From a bacterium (lineage in GTDB: Bacteria > Zhuqueibacterota > Zhuqueibacteria > Residuimicrobiales > Krinioviventaceae), in contig CAXXFV010000018.1 of the NCBI GenBank assembly GCA_963674595.2, forward strand, positions 1-64,000: DNA of 64,000 bases, read 5' to 3'. Both the position numbers and the translations under genes were made by a program. This document shows positions 20,251-31,300 of this stretch, in pieces (the first letter of the stretch is position 1; the number at the start of each line of letters is the position of its first letter). The notes under the pieces were generated by a model that made no database searches, was not told where the DNA came from, and saw only the letters and a program-made list of their open reading frames with translations.

Positions 20251-21115
20251 TCTTGTCTCCGTTTATATTATTTAATATACTTTTCCAAATTTCCGAAAAA
20301 GGTTTACGAAAATCATTATTATATTCTAAAATATTTTGTCCAAATTTTTGGGCTTTATAAAAATCTGAACTGTAAGGTATTTCACCCAAAATAACAATTT
20401 TTTGCTTAGATGCAAAATCTTTAATGTGCTGTGTCATTTCCTCGTTCAGGTTATACTTGTTAATGCATATCCCTACAGGGACTTTAAAATGCTCTGCAAG
20501 TTTAACAACTCTTTTCATATCATGAATTGCCGACAGGGTTGGTTCACTGACAACAACAACAAAATCAACACCTCCTATTGAGGCAATAACCGGGCACCCG
20601 ATTCCCGGAGGACCGTCTACTAGAATCAAATCAGCCTTTTCATCTGAAGCAATTTTACGTGCTTTTTCCCGAACCATAGATACAAGCTTGCCGGAATTTT
20701 CTTCTGCTATTCCCAATTGTGCGTGTACCATAGAACCGTAACGGGTTGTAGAAATGTAACACTCTCCACGCTTTTTATCAAGATAATCTATTGCGCCATG
20801 AGGACAATTCCAAACACAAACACCGCAACCCTCGCAAGCCACATCGATGAGCTGAAAATTCTCATCAATCGCATCAAACCGGCAGACAGAACGACAAATT
20901 CCACATTCCAGACATTTTTCCGAATTAATTTTGGGTGATTTGATGCCAAAAAAATCAAATTTTTCTTTAACCGAAGGATTCAAAATCAAATGAAGATCCG
21001 GCGCGTCGACATCACAATCGGCTAATATTTTATTTTCAGCTAATGCAGCAAAAGAAGATACAAATGAGGTTTTACCTGTTCCACCTTTACCGCTAATAAT
21101 TACAATCTCTTTCAT
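20240..21115 (-). CDS. MinD-superfamily P-loop ATPase with inserted 2x[4Fe-4S] ferredoxin (COG1149)
   Basis: SGKGGTGKT, DCDVDAPDL, CLECGICRSVC, CEGCGVCVWNCP, DGPPGIGCP. Confidence 0.92.
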   Translation of the reverse strand: MKEIVIISGKGGTGKTSFVSSFAALAENKILADCDVDAPDLHLILNPSVKEKFDFFGIKSPKINSEKCLECGICRSVCRFDAIDENFQLIDVACEGCGVCVWNCPHGAIDYLDKKRGECYISTTRYGSMVHAQLGIAEENSGKLVSMVREKARKIASDEKADLILVDGPPGIGCPVIASIGGVDFVVVVSEPTLSAIHDMKRVVKLAEHFKVPVGICINKYNLNEEMTQHIKDFASKQKIVILGEIPYSSDFYKAQKFGQNILEYNNDFRKPFSEIWKSILNNINGDKNGL

Positions 21116-21957
21116 TTCCTGGTCTGCTCTGCTATTTTTTTATATAAATTTTCAAACTTGTTTTTTAATTGCGGAAAATGTTTTACCAAAAGTTGACCTT
21201 TAGAATAGACCGAAGCATATTTTTGCTCTTCCGGTATTTTCAACAAAATTGGGATATTTCTTTGCCGACAAAACTCATCAACAGGATCGGGGTCATCATT
21301 GGCACGATTGACAACAATACCATAAGGAATTCCAATTGAATCTACTACTTGAGCAGCAAGGTCCAAATCATATAAACCGAATGGTGTCGGTTCGGTTACC
21401 ATAACAATATAATCGGCGTCTTTAACTGCTTCTACCATAGAACATGATGTTCCCGGCGGAGAGTCTATTATATTTATGTCATCCGGTTCCAAATAATTTT
21501 TAACAGCGCGAATTAACGGGGGTGCTTTTGATTCGCCTACATTTAAAAATCCGGTATGGCTTTTTAAATTGTCATCTGTAAAAGAACAAATTTCCCCCAA
21601 ATGATAGTCCTCCTCAGTAATAGCGCCCTCGGGACAAACCAACGTACATCCGCCGCAGTTGTGGCACAGTTCCGGGAATGTCAATATGGATTTCCCAAAA
21701 ACACCGATGGCATTATACTGACAAATTTCTCCGCATTTACCGCATAATGTACATTTTTCTTCATTAATAACCGGGACCGGCAGATATACGTCCTCGGTTT
21801 TTTCCAAAGCTTTTTCAAAAAAAAGGTGGCAGTTTGGCGCTTCAACATCGGCATCGAGCAAAGTAACATTTCGAGATTGTGAAATCACATACGCTAAATT
21901 CGTTGCTACCGTTGTCTTGCCGGTTCCACCTTTTCCACTGGCAATACTAATTATCAT
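21112..21957 (-). CDS. MinD-superfamily P-loop ATPase with inserted ferredoxin (COG1149), paralog
   Basis: ASGKGGTGKTT, CTLCGKCGEIC, CHNCGGCTLVCP, DSPPGTSC, EPTPFG. Confidence 0.92.
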   Translation of the reverse strand: MIISIASGKGGTGKTTVATNLAYVISQSRNVTLLDADVEAPNCHLFFEKALEKTEDVYLPVPVINEEKCTLCGKCGEICQYNAIGVFGKSILTFPELCHNCGGCTLVCPEGAITEEDYHLGEICSFTDDNLKSHTGFLNVGESKAPPLIRAVKNYLEPDDINIIDSPPGTSCSMVEAVKDADYIVMVTEPTPFGLYDLDLAAQVVDSIGIPYGIVVNRANDDPDPVDEFCRQRNIPILLKIPEEQKYASVYSKGQLLVKHFPQLKNKFENLYKKIAEQTRK

Positions 21958-21960
21958 AAA

Positions 21961-22152
21961 CTAACTCTGTCTTATCATATCTGCACCACATTTCGGGCAC
22001 TTTTGTTCATAACAGGGCTTTCCCTGTTGATGTGGAACCGTGGCTCCACAAGCAGGACATACACAGTTTCCGCCAACGCCCATTCCGGCGCCGCCGCCCT
22101 GACGTCCTTGACCCTGTCCGCGACCTCTTCCCATACCACTTCCTCTAGGCAT
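21961..22152 (-). CDS. Small Gly-rich / Cys-rich putative metal-binding protein
   Basis: MPRGSGMGRG...CVCPACG...PC...CPKCG; RBS GGAGG precedes ATG 22152. Confidence 0.8.
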   Translation of the reverse strand: MPRGSGMGRGRGQGQGRQGGGAGMGVGGNCVCPACGATVPHQQGKPCYEQKCPKCGADMIRQS

Positions 22153-22173
22153 ATTAACCTCCATTTTTTAAGT

Positions 22174-22198
22174 AAAAAGGTGGGCAATGCCCACCTTT
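22174..22198 (-). terminator. Intra-operon hairpin / partial terminator
   Basis: AAAGGTGGGCA-a-TGCCCACCTTT with a U-run on the minus strand. Confidence 0.6.
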
Positions 22199-22206
22199 GT
22201 TAACTT

Positions 22207-22554
22207 TTAACCTTGATCCTGACTTGACAATTCGTTGATACGTTTCTCAATTTGTTCCAGAGAAGCTTTCAAATTGTCTGCCTGGGCTTTAAGCATGTCG
22301 ATCTCCTGATCAGGAGTGTATTGAGCCGTTGACATGTTGGGCTGTACAGGTGCAACGTTTCTATTCCACATGGGACGACCCGTCGCATAAAATTGATTGC
22401 GAAAACCTCTTCCGCGACCTCTTCCTCGGCCAAATCCGCCGCCAAATGCACCACCAGAGGCATAACCTGGTTGCACATATCCTGCACAATAGCCCATTCC
22501 ACGGCCTGTCATGGGTCCCATTCCGGAGGGACCGGTTCCATCACCAAAAGGCAT
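22207..22554 (-). CDS. DUF5320-family protein
   Basis: MPFGDGTGPSGMGPMTGRGMGYCAG, RG repeats, C-terminal coiled coil; start moved to ATG 22554. Confidence 0.88.
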   Translation of the reverse strand: MPFGDGTGPSGMGPMTGRGMGYCAGYVQPGYASGGAFGGGFGRGRGRGRGFRNQFYATGRPMWNRNVAPVQPNMSTAQYTPDQEIDMLKAQADNLKASLEQIEKRINELSSQDQG

Positions 22555-22582
22555 AATAAATCTCCTTATATATAAATAAAAA

Positions 22583-22945
22583 TTAGACCCAATGTCCATC
22601 AACATCGGGTGAAGCTGATTTTGTAAATTTATTGTCTTTAAAGTCTTTTATCACATCCATAACTTTTCCAGAGACACCGGTGTAAATGTCAACCTCAGCA
22701 GCAGCCAGCGCCTTGAAAGCTTTGGGGCCGCAATGACTTGTTAAAAGCACATCAGCCTTTGCATTTATAATATGTCTGGCTGATTGGATACCGGCACCCA
22801 CTGCGCTGTTTAATGCCTGTTCATTTTCAATAAAATCATAATTTTCATTTTCTGTGTCATATACCAGGAAATAAGGGGCACGACCAAATCGTGACTCTAC
22901 TTCGGTACTAATTTCTTTTTCAGAAACGGGTATTACTAAAATCAT
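22583..22945 (-). CDS. NifB/NifX-family (Orange protein-like) protein
   Basis: RFGRAPYF, GAGIQSA, HCGPKAF, C-terminal DVDGHW. Confidence 0.9.
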   Translation of the reverse strand: MILVIPVSEKEISTEVESRFGRAPYFLVYDTENENYDFIENEQALNSAVGAGIQSARHIINAKADVLLTSHCGPKAFKALAAAEVDIYTGVSGKVMDVIKDFKDNKFTKSASPDVDGHWV

Positions 22946-23325
22946 AACGACTCCTTTTTATTCAAAACAAGTTCAAGCTCTTTTAAAAACAAATCAATGG
23001 AATCACGGCGTTGGCGTAAAGAGTCCGCCCAAAGTTCAAGCTGCCGTTTTCCGGTGTCAGACAATGTATAAATACGTTTTGCGGGTCCGGTTCCATCCGT
23101 ATCCCACTCTGAACTAACCAATCCAACGTCTTCCAAATGTCTTAATGTTCTATAAATCGCACCAGGATCCGGAGTAGGCCCTGTAAAACCAAATTTCGGT
23201 AATTCGGCCAGCAGTTCATAACCGTGTTTCTTTTTTCCCCACATTAAAAAAAGTATGGTCGGTTCCAGAAACCGGCTTTGTCGTTCCTGGTAACACCCGC
23301 ATCCATGTCTTCCTCTTTGTCGCAT
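22942..23325 (-). CDS. PadR-family transcriptional regulator
   Basis: HGYEL, GAIYRTLRHLE..GLV.SEW, KRIYTLSDTG. Confidence 0.92.
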   Translation of the reverse strand: MRQRGRHGCGCYQERQSRFLEPTILFLMWGKKKHGYELLAELPKFGFTGPTPDPGAIYRTLRHLEDVGLVSSEWDTDGTGPAKRIYTLSDTGKRQLELWADSLRQRRDSIDLFLKELELVLNKKESL

Positions 23326-23339
23326 ACATATTCCTTTTC

Positions 23340-23366
23340 TATATATATGTTTAAAACATATATATA
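23340..23366. promoter_or_regulatory. Perfect palindrome, likely PadR operator
   Basis: TATATATATGTTT-a-AAACATATATATA (13-bp arms) between a TTGATT/TATATT promoter-like sequence and the padR RBS. Confidence 0.65.
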
Positions 23367-23538
23367 ATATAAAAATATATATAACAAAATCAAGTATTTT
23401 ATTTTAAATGAAACGCAAAATTCGCTGAATGTGCGTAACGAATTAATTCATTCAATTATTTATAAATTTAATACTTACCCCAAATTTTAGAAATGTTTTA
23501 ATTTTTAAAGGAAAAAAATGCAGGTTTAATCCCCAGCC

Positions 23539-25311
23539 TTACCCGATTATTGGAAAATAAAGAATAAATTCGCTGCCATTACCAAGAGAACTGTTAACAG
23601 AAATACTTCCGTTTTGTTTTGTCATAAATTCACTGGACAAAATAAGACCCAGACCGCTGCCCTTTTCATTTTCAGTCCCCTCCTTCCGGACCCGCGAATC
23701 GATGCGGAATAATTTAGAAACGGTTTCCTCTTCCATTCCTGTTCCGTTATCTTTAATGTGCAAAGATATTTTATCATTAAATTCATTGGCCGTAATAGTT
23801 ATAACGCCACCCCTATGTGAAAATTTAATACCGTTGGAAATTATGTTTTGTAAAACCGTTAATGTCATGTGGCGATCGGCAAAAATATAAAGATGATCCG
23901 GCACCTCCATTTTAATAGAAATGTCTTTATTTTTTGCTTGTCCCTGATAAAGCTCACACACTGAATGGGCCAACAATATCAACCGCAGCTTTGTCGGAGA
24001 AAATTGTAACGTACCTGTTTGAGAACGAGACCACTCTAATAAATTTTCCAAAAGTTTTAAAGTTTTTTCTGTACTCTGAGATAATTGAACATTTAGTTTG
24101 GCAATATCTTCACGAGACATTGTATCGACTTTTTTCTCCAGCAAACGAATAAAACTGGTAATTGTAGTAAACGGGCTTCTCAGGTCATGAGAAATAATAG
24201 AAAAGAAGCGATTTTTTGTGGCATTTATTTCTTCCAATTCCTTTATAAGATTCTCACGTTCAATTTCCGCTTTTTTCTTTTCATCAATATCATGCCATAA
24301 AACAAGCGTACCCTGATGTTGATGAGTCGCATCAAACAATGGTGAAAAACGAGCTGCAAAATATCTTTCTGCTGAATTAATGTTGAATTTAAACTCACAA
24401 AATGTTTCCTGTTGCGGCAAATCCTTTAAAACCTCTTTAAAAACCGGCATTAAATCAGATAATAATTTGCCACAGACTTTATTGTTACTTGATCCAATTT
24501 GTAACAAAGCCGAAGAATTAATATCTACAATTCGTTGTTGTGAGTCGATAACCACCATGCCGTCTGACATTTTTTCAATGACCCTATCTCTCGCAATAGG
24601 GATTAAATCCAAAAACTTGAAACGTAGTAATAAAAAACTAAAAATGATCCCGGTTACCAGTAGGCACGTAGGGATAAGATTTAATCCGGGAAAAGGATTA
24701 GCATTCGACAAGTAAAGGACACTGCCCAACAAGGGAAAAATTGCTGCGATAATAATTAAAACAGACTGACTGCGCTCAATATAAGAAGCGCGAATCGTAG
24801 AAAAAATAATAATGGTGGATCCTATAGCAACCTGAGTATATATATAAAATATTTCTGCAAAAAAGACAGGTCCATGATGATAAACAATTAAATTGTGTTT
24901 CAGGGGAGAGGGTGAAAAACCGAGCCAAACCAAATGGTGCAATTCATTTGTCAAAGTCATAAGTAAAAAAGAAAATGATATAGAGCATATTAATATAATA
25001 AAAGGACGCTTTAACCATTGTTTATGTCCGGTATAAATAAAGGCAAAAATCATAAAAAAAACTGCGGTAATCTCTGCGCCCAAATGTTCAAATTTTGAAA
25101 ACAAAATTTTCAAAGACAACGTTACAGAACCGGCTTCCAAAGACGAAGCAAGAGCCCAAATAGCAACTCCCAGCATCATAAATGCAAAATATTTATTATA
25201 GGGTGAGGTTCGTCTGTTCCAGGACAAAATAAATATAGCAACAGCAATTAATGTTGTTATAAAAAGAATCCAAAAGTATATTGTAAATTTAAAAGCTATC
25301 ATCGTTTTCAA
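23539..25311 (-). CDS. Sensor histidine kinase (7TM N-terminal domain, PAS, HisKA, HATPase)
   Basis: Multiple TM helices, IISHDLRSPF H-box, NIISNGIKF, DNGTGM, GSGLGL. Confidence 0.92.
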   Translation of the reverse strand: MKTMIAFKFTIYFWILFITTLIAVAIFILSWNRRTSPYNKYFAFMMLGVAIWALASSLEAGSVTLSLKILFSKFEHLGAEITAVFFMIFAFIYTGHKQWLKRPFIILICSISFSFLLMTLTNELHHLVWLGFSPSPLKHNLIVYHHGPVFFAEIFYIYTQVAIGSTIIIFSTIRASYIERSQSVLIIIAAIFPLLGSVLYLSNANPFPGLNLIPTCLLVTGIIFSFLLLRFKFLDLIPIARDRVIEKMSDGMVVIDSQQRIVDINSSALLQIGSSNNKVCGKLLSDLMPVFKEVLKDLPQQETFCEFKFNINSAERYFAARFSPLFDATHQHQGTLVLWHDIDEKKKAEIERENLIKELEEINATKNRFFSIISHDLRSPFTTITSFIRLLEKKVDTMSREDIAKLNVQLSQSTEKTLKLLENLLEWSRSQTGTLQFSPTKLRLILLAHSVCELYQGQAKNKDISIKMEVPDHLYIFADRHMTLTVLQNIISNGIKFSHRGGVITITANEFNDKISLHIKDNGTGMEEETVSKLFRIDSRVRKEGTENEKGSGLGLILSSEFMTKQNGSISVNSSLGNGSEFILYFPIIG

Positions 25312-25408
25312 AAATTTTAATCTTTCCCCGATTTAAATTATTTTCTATAAATTATACACGGGTCAGACTTAATATAGGTAATATTTTTTGATTAAAAAAA
25401 CAATTGTT

Positions 25409-26437
25409 TTAGTCTGCTTCGTTCAGCAATTTAACGTAATTTTGATATTTATTCTCACCAAGCACACCATTAGAAACAGCCAGTTTTACAGCACAATCGG
25501 GTTCATGAACATGCGTACAATTCCTGAAACGACAGTCTTTGGCCAGGGTTTCAATTTCGGAAAACTGTTCCAGCAAGTTATTTTTATTTGCCGTAATTTG
25601 AATTTCACGCATTCCGGGATTATCCATTAAAATACCACCATCCGGTAAAACAACAAGTTCGCGATGTGTGGTTGTGTGCTTTCCTTTATTAATCTTGTTA
25701 TTAACGGTTCCAACCTGTTGACGTTCGTAGCCTAAAAAAGAATTGATAATAGTAGACTTGCCTACACCTGATGAGCCCAACAAGGCTACGGTTTGACCGG
25801 GTGACAAATATTTCCTTAACAAAGCGATATCGTCAGAATTATGGGCATTTGTTGCATAAACAGGGATATTGGGATGGTTTTTTTCAACTTTTTGGCGTTT
25901 ATCAATCACATCGTCAACAAGATCACACTTGTTCAGCACAATAACGGGTTTGGTATGACTTTGTCTGGCAATGGATACATATCGTTCTAATCTGTTCAAA
26001 TTATAATCGGGATCCAGTCCCATTACAATAAAAATAATATCAATATTAGCGGCAATAACCTGTTCAGTGGTTTTATCGTTCTTTCTACCGGTAGTTTGAA
26101 AACGGCGTACGGCTGTTATACGGGGCAATACATGATGAATAAGGTAAATATCATTTCTGTTATTTTTTTTTAGAACAACCCAATCACCAACACATGGCAG
26201 GTCTTTAGCATTTTCCGAATGATGGCGTAGCCGACCCGAGAGTCTGGCAATAAACTCATTTTCAGAATTTCGAATTATATACTGTGTTTTGCGTTCCAAA
26301 ACCACACGGCCAACATCAAAACCTTTATGGCGAAACTCTAAAAATTCATTTTCAAAATGTTTGTTCCAGCCTAAATCAATATCACTCAAAATAAATCCGC
26401 AATTAACCTCAAAATGCGTTAAACACAAAATAAACAA
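25409..26437 (-). CDS. rsgA: Ribosome small subunit-dependent GTPase A
   Basis: VGDWV, NKCDL, GSSGVGKST, GKHTTT, DNPGMRE, CRFRNCTHVHEPDC; true start probably about 16 codons downstream. Confidence 0.93.
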   Translation of the reverse strand: MFILCLTHFEVNCGFILSDIDLGWNKHFENEFLEFRHKGFDVGRVVLERKTQYIIRNSENEFIARLSGRLRHHSENAKDLPCVGDWVVLKKNNRNDIYLIHHVLPRITAVRRFQTTGRKNDKTTEQVIAANIDIIFIVMGLDPDYNLNRLERYVSIARQSHTKPVIVLNKCDLVDDVIDKRQKVEKNHPNIPVYATNAHNSDDIALLRKYLSPGQTVALLGSSGVGKSTIINSFLGYERQQVGTVNNKINKGKHTTTHRELVVLPDGGILMDNPGMREIQITANKNNLLEQFSEIETLAKDCRFRNCTHVHEPDCAVKLAVSNGVLGENKYQNYVKLLNEAD

Positions 26438-26639
26438 TAATAAAGTTACAAAAAAATGAATAAATATGCAACATAATTGATATACAATGTTATCAGGAAA
26501 AAAATAATTTTTTCCCTTGATCAGTTCAAAGATATAATTATATTATTAATAGAGTTCCAATATTCTGAAAATAATAGTACAGGCGTTTTACATATTTTTT
26601 AACTCGGAAATTGTTTTATAAAATTTATTTGGAGTTACT

Positions 26640-28175
26640 ATGTGTTGTGAATGCAATGGCTATAAAATAAACAGAAGAAAATTTATCGGGTTATCAGCTA
26701 TAGGTTTGGTGGGGACAAACCTCATTCTTTCTTCACAAACAGCCAAGGGGCAGGATTGGGCGGCAACAAATCCATTTAGCATTTCAGGGAAAAATCTGGT
26801 TGTTCAACCTGTTCTCATTTACTCTCTTTCTAAAAAAAGACCGGCCACTTCCTGGCGTCCCTGGGGCGGATTACAAACAGAAGCGGACATTTCTGCTGAA
26901 GTTGAACGCATCACAAAAGAACTTTTAGACCTGCAACAAAAATGCAGTTTTCCTGTTAAAATACTTTCTGTTGTTAAAATAGATTCGGTTGATAAAGCCG
27001 TAAACATTGCAAACGCGAATAACTATGATGTGCCAATTGTTTATGCGGCTTCCGGCGGAACAGAACTGCTGGAAACCGTTATAACGGAAAAAAGAAACAA
27101 TATAATTTTTCTCAGACATCGGTCCGGCCCGATTTACCTATGGTATGAAATCCTTCACAATCGTTTTTTGCGAAAAGGCGGCGATAATTTTGAATTGGAT
27201 GAATTTAGAAATCCGGGAAAAACAGACATACATGACGTGGTTGTAGACGATTATAATGATGTACAATCAAAATTAAATGCGCTTTATGGTGTGCACAATT
27301 TTAAAGGAAAAAAGATTGTTGCACTGGGAGGAAGCGGCGGCTGGTGTTGTCCGCAGGCGCCAAAAGTTTCGCAGGAAAAGTTTAAAATTGATATCCAGAA
27401 TGTAGAATATAAAGAGCTGGAAAAACGTATACAATCCGCCCGGAATGATAAAAAGTGTATTTCGCAGGCACAACAACAAACACATCAATATCTTTCCCTT
27501 AAAAACACAACCCTGCATACGGACGAGGGATTTGTCGTCAATGCGTTTCTTTTGTTTAATATTTTTAAAGACATTTTAAAGGAACACAAGACCAATGCCT
27601 TTACTATTCAAGGTTGTATGAATACGGTCATCCCTATTTCCGAAACAACGGCCTGTCTTCCCCTAAGTCTTTTAAATGATGAAGGATTTATCGCTTTTTG
27701 TGAATCGGATTTTAATGTTATTCCATCAGGCATACTCCTCTATTATATCGCCCGTAAGCCTGTTTTCCTCAACGATCCGACCTTCCCGCATCATGGCATG
27801 GTTACAGCCGCCCATTGTACAGCGCCCAGACGAATGGATGGTGTAAATTATTCAGACGCCAAAATTGTCACCCATTTCGAATCGGATTATGGAGCGACGC
27901 CCAAAGTCGAACTGCAACTCGGTTCGGAAATAACCATGATTTGTCCCGACAGTGAGCAGAAAAACTGGCTTGGTTTCAACGGCATTGTTGAAGGCAATCC
28001 ATTTTATGATATTTGTCGTTCTCAATACGACATTCAAATAAAGGGTAACTGGAAAAAATTACTTTCAGATCATCGCGGTTTTCACTGGATGATGGCATGC
28101 GGTGATTATATGCCTGAAATGGAACATGCATGCCGAAAAATTGATGTAAATTTTCAAAACATATCAACAGCCTAA
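26640..28175 (+). CDS. L-fucose-isomerase-like protein with twin-arginine signal
   Basis: NRRKFIG Tat motif; TIQGCM, TACLPLSLLND.G..AFCESD, AHC and CRSQ motifs of FucI-related proteins. Confidence 0.75.
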   Translation: MCCECNGYKINRRKFIGLSAIGLVGTNLILSSQTAKGQDWAATNPFSISGKNLVVQPVLIYSLSKKRPATSWRPWGGLQTEADISAEVERITKELLDLQQKCSFPVKILSVVKIDSVDKAVNIANANNYDVPIVYAASGGTELLETVITEKRNNIIFLRHRSGPIYLWYEILHNRFLRKGGDNFELDEFRNPGKTDIHDVVVDDYNDVQSKLNALYGVHNFKGKKIVALGGSGGWCCPQAPKVSQEKFKIDIQNVEYKELEKRIQSARNDKKCISQAQQQTHQYLSLKNTTLHTDEGFVVNAFLLFNIFKDILKEHKTNAFTIQGCMNTVIPISETTACLPLSLLNDEGFIAFCESDFNVIPSGILLYYIARKPVFLNDPTFPHHGMVTAAHCTAPRRMDGVNYSDAKIVTHFESDYGATPKVELQLGSEITMICPDSEQKNWLGFNGIVEGNPFYDICRSQYDIQIKGNWKKLLSDHRGFHWMMACGDYMPEMEHACRKIDVNFQNISTA

Positions 28176-28321
28176 ACAAACCTGTTTAGGCCGGCAATAT
28201 TATTAAAACACAAAAATATTTACAACTTTTTAAATACACTCCCGGACACGACTCTCAATTTTACGCTTCTCCCGCTCTTCGCCTTTACTTTTTGAATCGT
28301 ACTTAAAACGGTTAATTATCT

Positions 28322-31300
28322 ATGGCTCGTCATGTATACAACAGACTGCTATTATTCCTTGTTCTAGTTTTATCAAGTTCATTATTGTCTTTTTCGCCCC
28401 AAACCATACACCATGAAAAAAACAAGGACACCGGCTCAGAGGCTTTTATCACCCCTCCTCCACGTGCCGACAAGCTTATAGCCTATCAAAAAGTAAAAAA
28501 TTTTTCACTAAATGATAAAAAGAGACAAAAAAATAAAGAAAATTTTAAAAGCATCTCATTTAATGGGCGCTCTCCTCTGTTGGGTAAACTTGCTCTAAAA
28601 TTTACAAATTTTAATAAAACATCAGATTCTGTTGAGGTAGTAATAGAATTTCAGCATAAAACAAAATCATTCAAACTTTTTGAAAAAATAAATATCAATT
28701 CACAAGGACTAGGTGAAATTTCTTTCCCGGGACAACCGGCATCAGAAATAACGGTTTCATTAAAAGAACAAAAAGATCAAAATTATACACTGAATTCAAT
28801 GACTCCTTATGAAATAACGTTTTCAGACAGTTATCGCATCATGGTTGTTGGAAATTCAATCGCCTACGGCAGATGGGCGGATGACCAGATCGGATTCCGT
28901 AAAGTATTATATGATAAGCTGGTCGAAAGCGGATTTGACATCGATTTTGTCGGAAGTTACGGAGATCCTCCCTATGAAGGATATTTTGTCGGTGCTATGA
29001 AAATTGATGATTTTTATCCGGCTTCCCTTGGCGGGCAGGCCAGGGCAGATATTACGGCAGCAATGAATGATTACAGACCCAACATGGTCGTTATTCACCT
29101 GGGGACAAATGATATTAATACAGAAACGTCTACACCGGTTGCACCTTATTCATCCGGAAGCGGATTTGCAGAAACACAAACAGGCCAAATGGCTACGTTA
29201 GTGGACTATATATTAAAATGGAATAATGGTGAATTCGGCACCGATCTGGAAAAAATTATTGTCAGCCAGCTTATTCCGCTGGATGTGGCCCGGGACTCTT
29301 CTGTTGCCAAATTTAATATCGAAAATAATAGAATGGTGCGGGACTTTAATAACGGTACGATAACCGGTCAAAACGAGCCGGTATATCTTGGTGATCCTTA
29401 TACGCGTTTTCGGGAAAATCCGGATATCTGGACCCATACCGGACTGGACCCGATGGAAGATGAGCTGCATCCCAATACCCTGGGACACACTATAATGGGA
29501 AATGTTTATTATGAAACATCCTCACAATTATTGGGCAAGCCACCCAAATGGTTTAACGACAAAACCTGGGAATCCGGTTTATATGGACTGGATTATCATT
29601 TTGGCTTTCAGGGTGTGACAATTGCGGATATTACACAGAACGAAACGGATGATATTTATATAACACGATCAGCAGCCGCGTCACCCGAGTCACGGGATGT
29701 ATTTTACAACGCAAGTTCTTCCCTCCCGCTTGTTGAGACGGCTGAAAATATTTCCATTGAAGACAACGGTGAAAGCATGAGCGCCGTCTTTGTAGATATC
29801 GACGGTGATGGTGACCTGGATTTATTTAATGCCAATAAAAACAGCCGAAACCGGTTATATAAAAACAATGGAGCCGGAACTTTTACAGAAATTACGGTAC
29901 AGGCTGGTATCGGCAACATCAGCTCTTTAACAACAGCGGTGCTGGCTTTTGATTGTGAAAACGATGGGGACATGGATTTATTTGCCCTGAATTCCAGAGC
30001 TAAAAACGAATTTTATCTGAACAACGGTACGGGCCAATTTACAAAAACAGATTGCGGATTGGATGATGTGCTGGAACCGGATATTCCAAATTCTTCCGCC
30101 ATTGCAGCAGATTTTGATCAGGATGGTGATGTGGATGTATATGTTTTAAAAAGATACGCACCGAACAAACTGTTTATTAATAATGGTTCCGGACTTTTTA
30201 CAGACCAGGCTGCATCAGCAGGTATAGCTCTGAACCACAAATCAAATGCAGGTAACTGGGCAGACCTTGATACAGATGGCGACCTGGACTTGCTGGTTTC
30301 CGTATCCAGTACGGATTCTGATCCAAATCCTCACGTGTATGCTTATAAAAATAACGGTAACGGGACGTTTCAGAATTTAAGTAATGATCTCAATATACCG
30401 ATGGACGGATATTCCGTTCTAACAGGAGATATTGATAATGACGGTAAGATTGATATTATAACAACACAGGAAAAAGACACCGGGGCTGTTTATTTAAATC
30501 AGGGCAACTGGCAATTTTCCAAAGCGCAGGATACAGGCGCCGAGGTTTTTGCCGGTGATACGCGCGGCGCCGTATTTTGGGATTATGAAAACGACGGTGA
30601 TCTGGATATTGTTATGGCCCGAAAAGATATTTTCAATATTTTTAAACAAAACAACCTTTCATCACTAAATAACTATTTAAAAGTTAATTGTAACGGACCA
30701 GGCGGTATAAAAGGTGGATATGGGACAAAAATTTGGTTATATGAAAAAGGCAAAGCAAATGATATTAATTACTTAATTGGTTTTAACGAGATAAACACAG
30801 CTGCCGGTTATCTTTCACATAATTCAGCAACACAACATTTCGGTTTAGGGAGCCATTCATCATGCGATTTGGTTGCTGCTTTTACAGACGGCACAAAAAT
30901 ATTAAGGCCGTCTGTAACCTCAAATCAAACAGTGTTAATCACTCCTGAAGTGAATTGTGTACATGTAAAAACCAGGATTTATTTACAAGGTTGTTATGCG
31001 GGAAATGGAATAATGTTAAAAAATAACGTCCCTCCTCTTCAAACACCCTATACAGTCGACCCGGCTTATGAGGAACGAATTGTAACATCCATACCGGAAA
31101 ATATTATTGACTGGGTTTTAGTAAGTCTCCATAATACGGATAATGACAGTGTGTTAACGGTAAACAGTGCTTTTCTACGCAATGATGGATTTATTGTCGG
31201 GGATGACGGTACGACAGAATCTGTTACACTGAATGCAGCGCCCGGCAGTTATTATATATCAGTATCCCATCGAAATCACATCTCAATAATGAGTTCTATT

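Noticed and set aside
22060-22530. GC-rich low-complexity repeats
   Set aside because: Explained by Gly/Arg-rich coding in DUF5320 and the small Cys protein.
14960-22945. Nitrogen-fixation cluster suggested by NifU and NifB/NifX domains
   Set aside because: No nifHDK/ENB; these domains fit the ORP/Mrp Fe-S context common in anaerobes.
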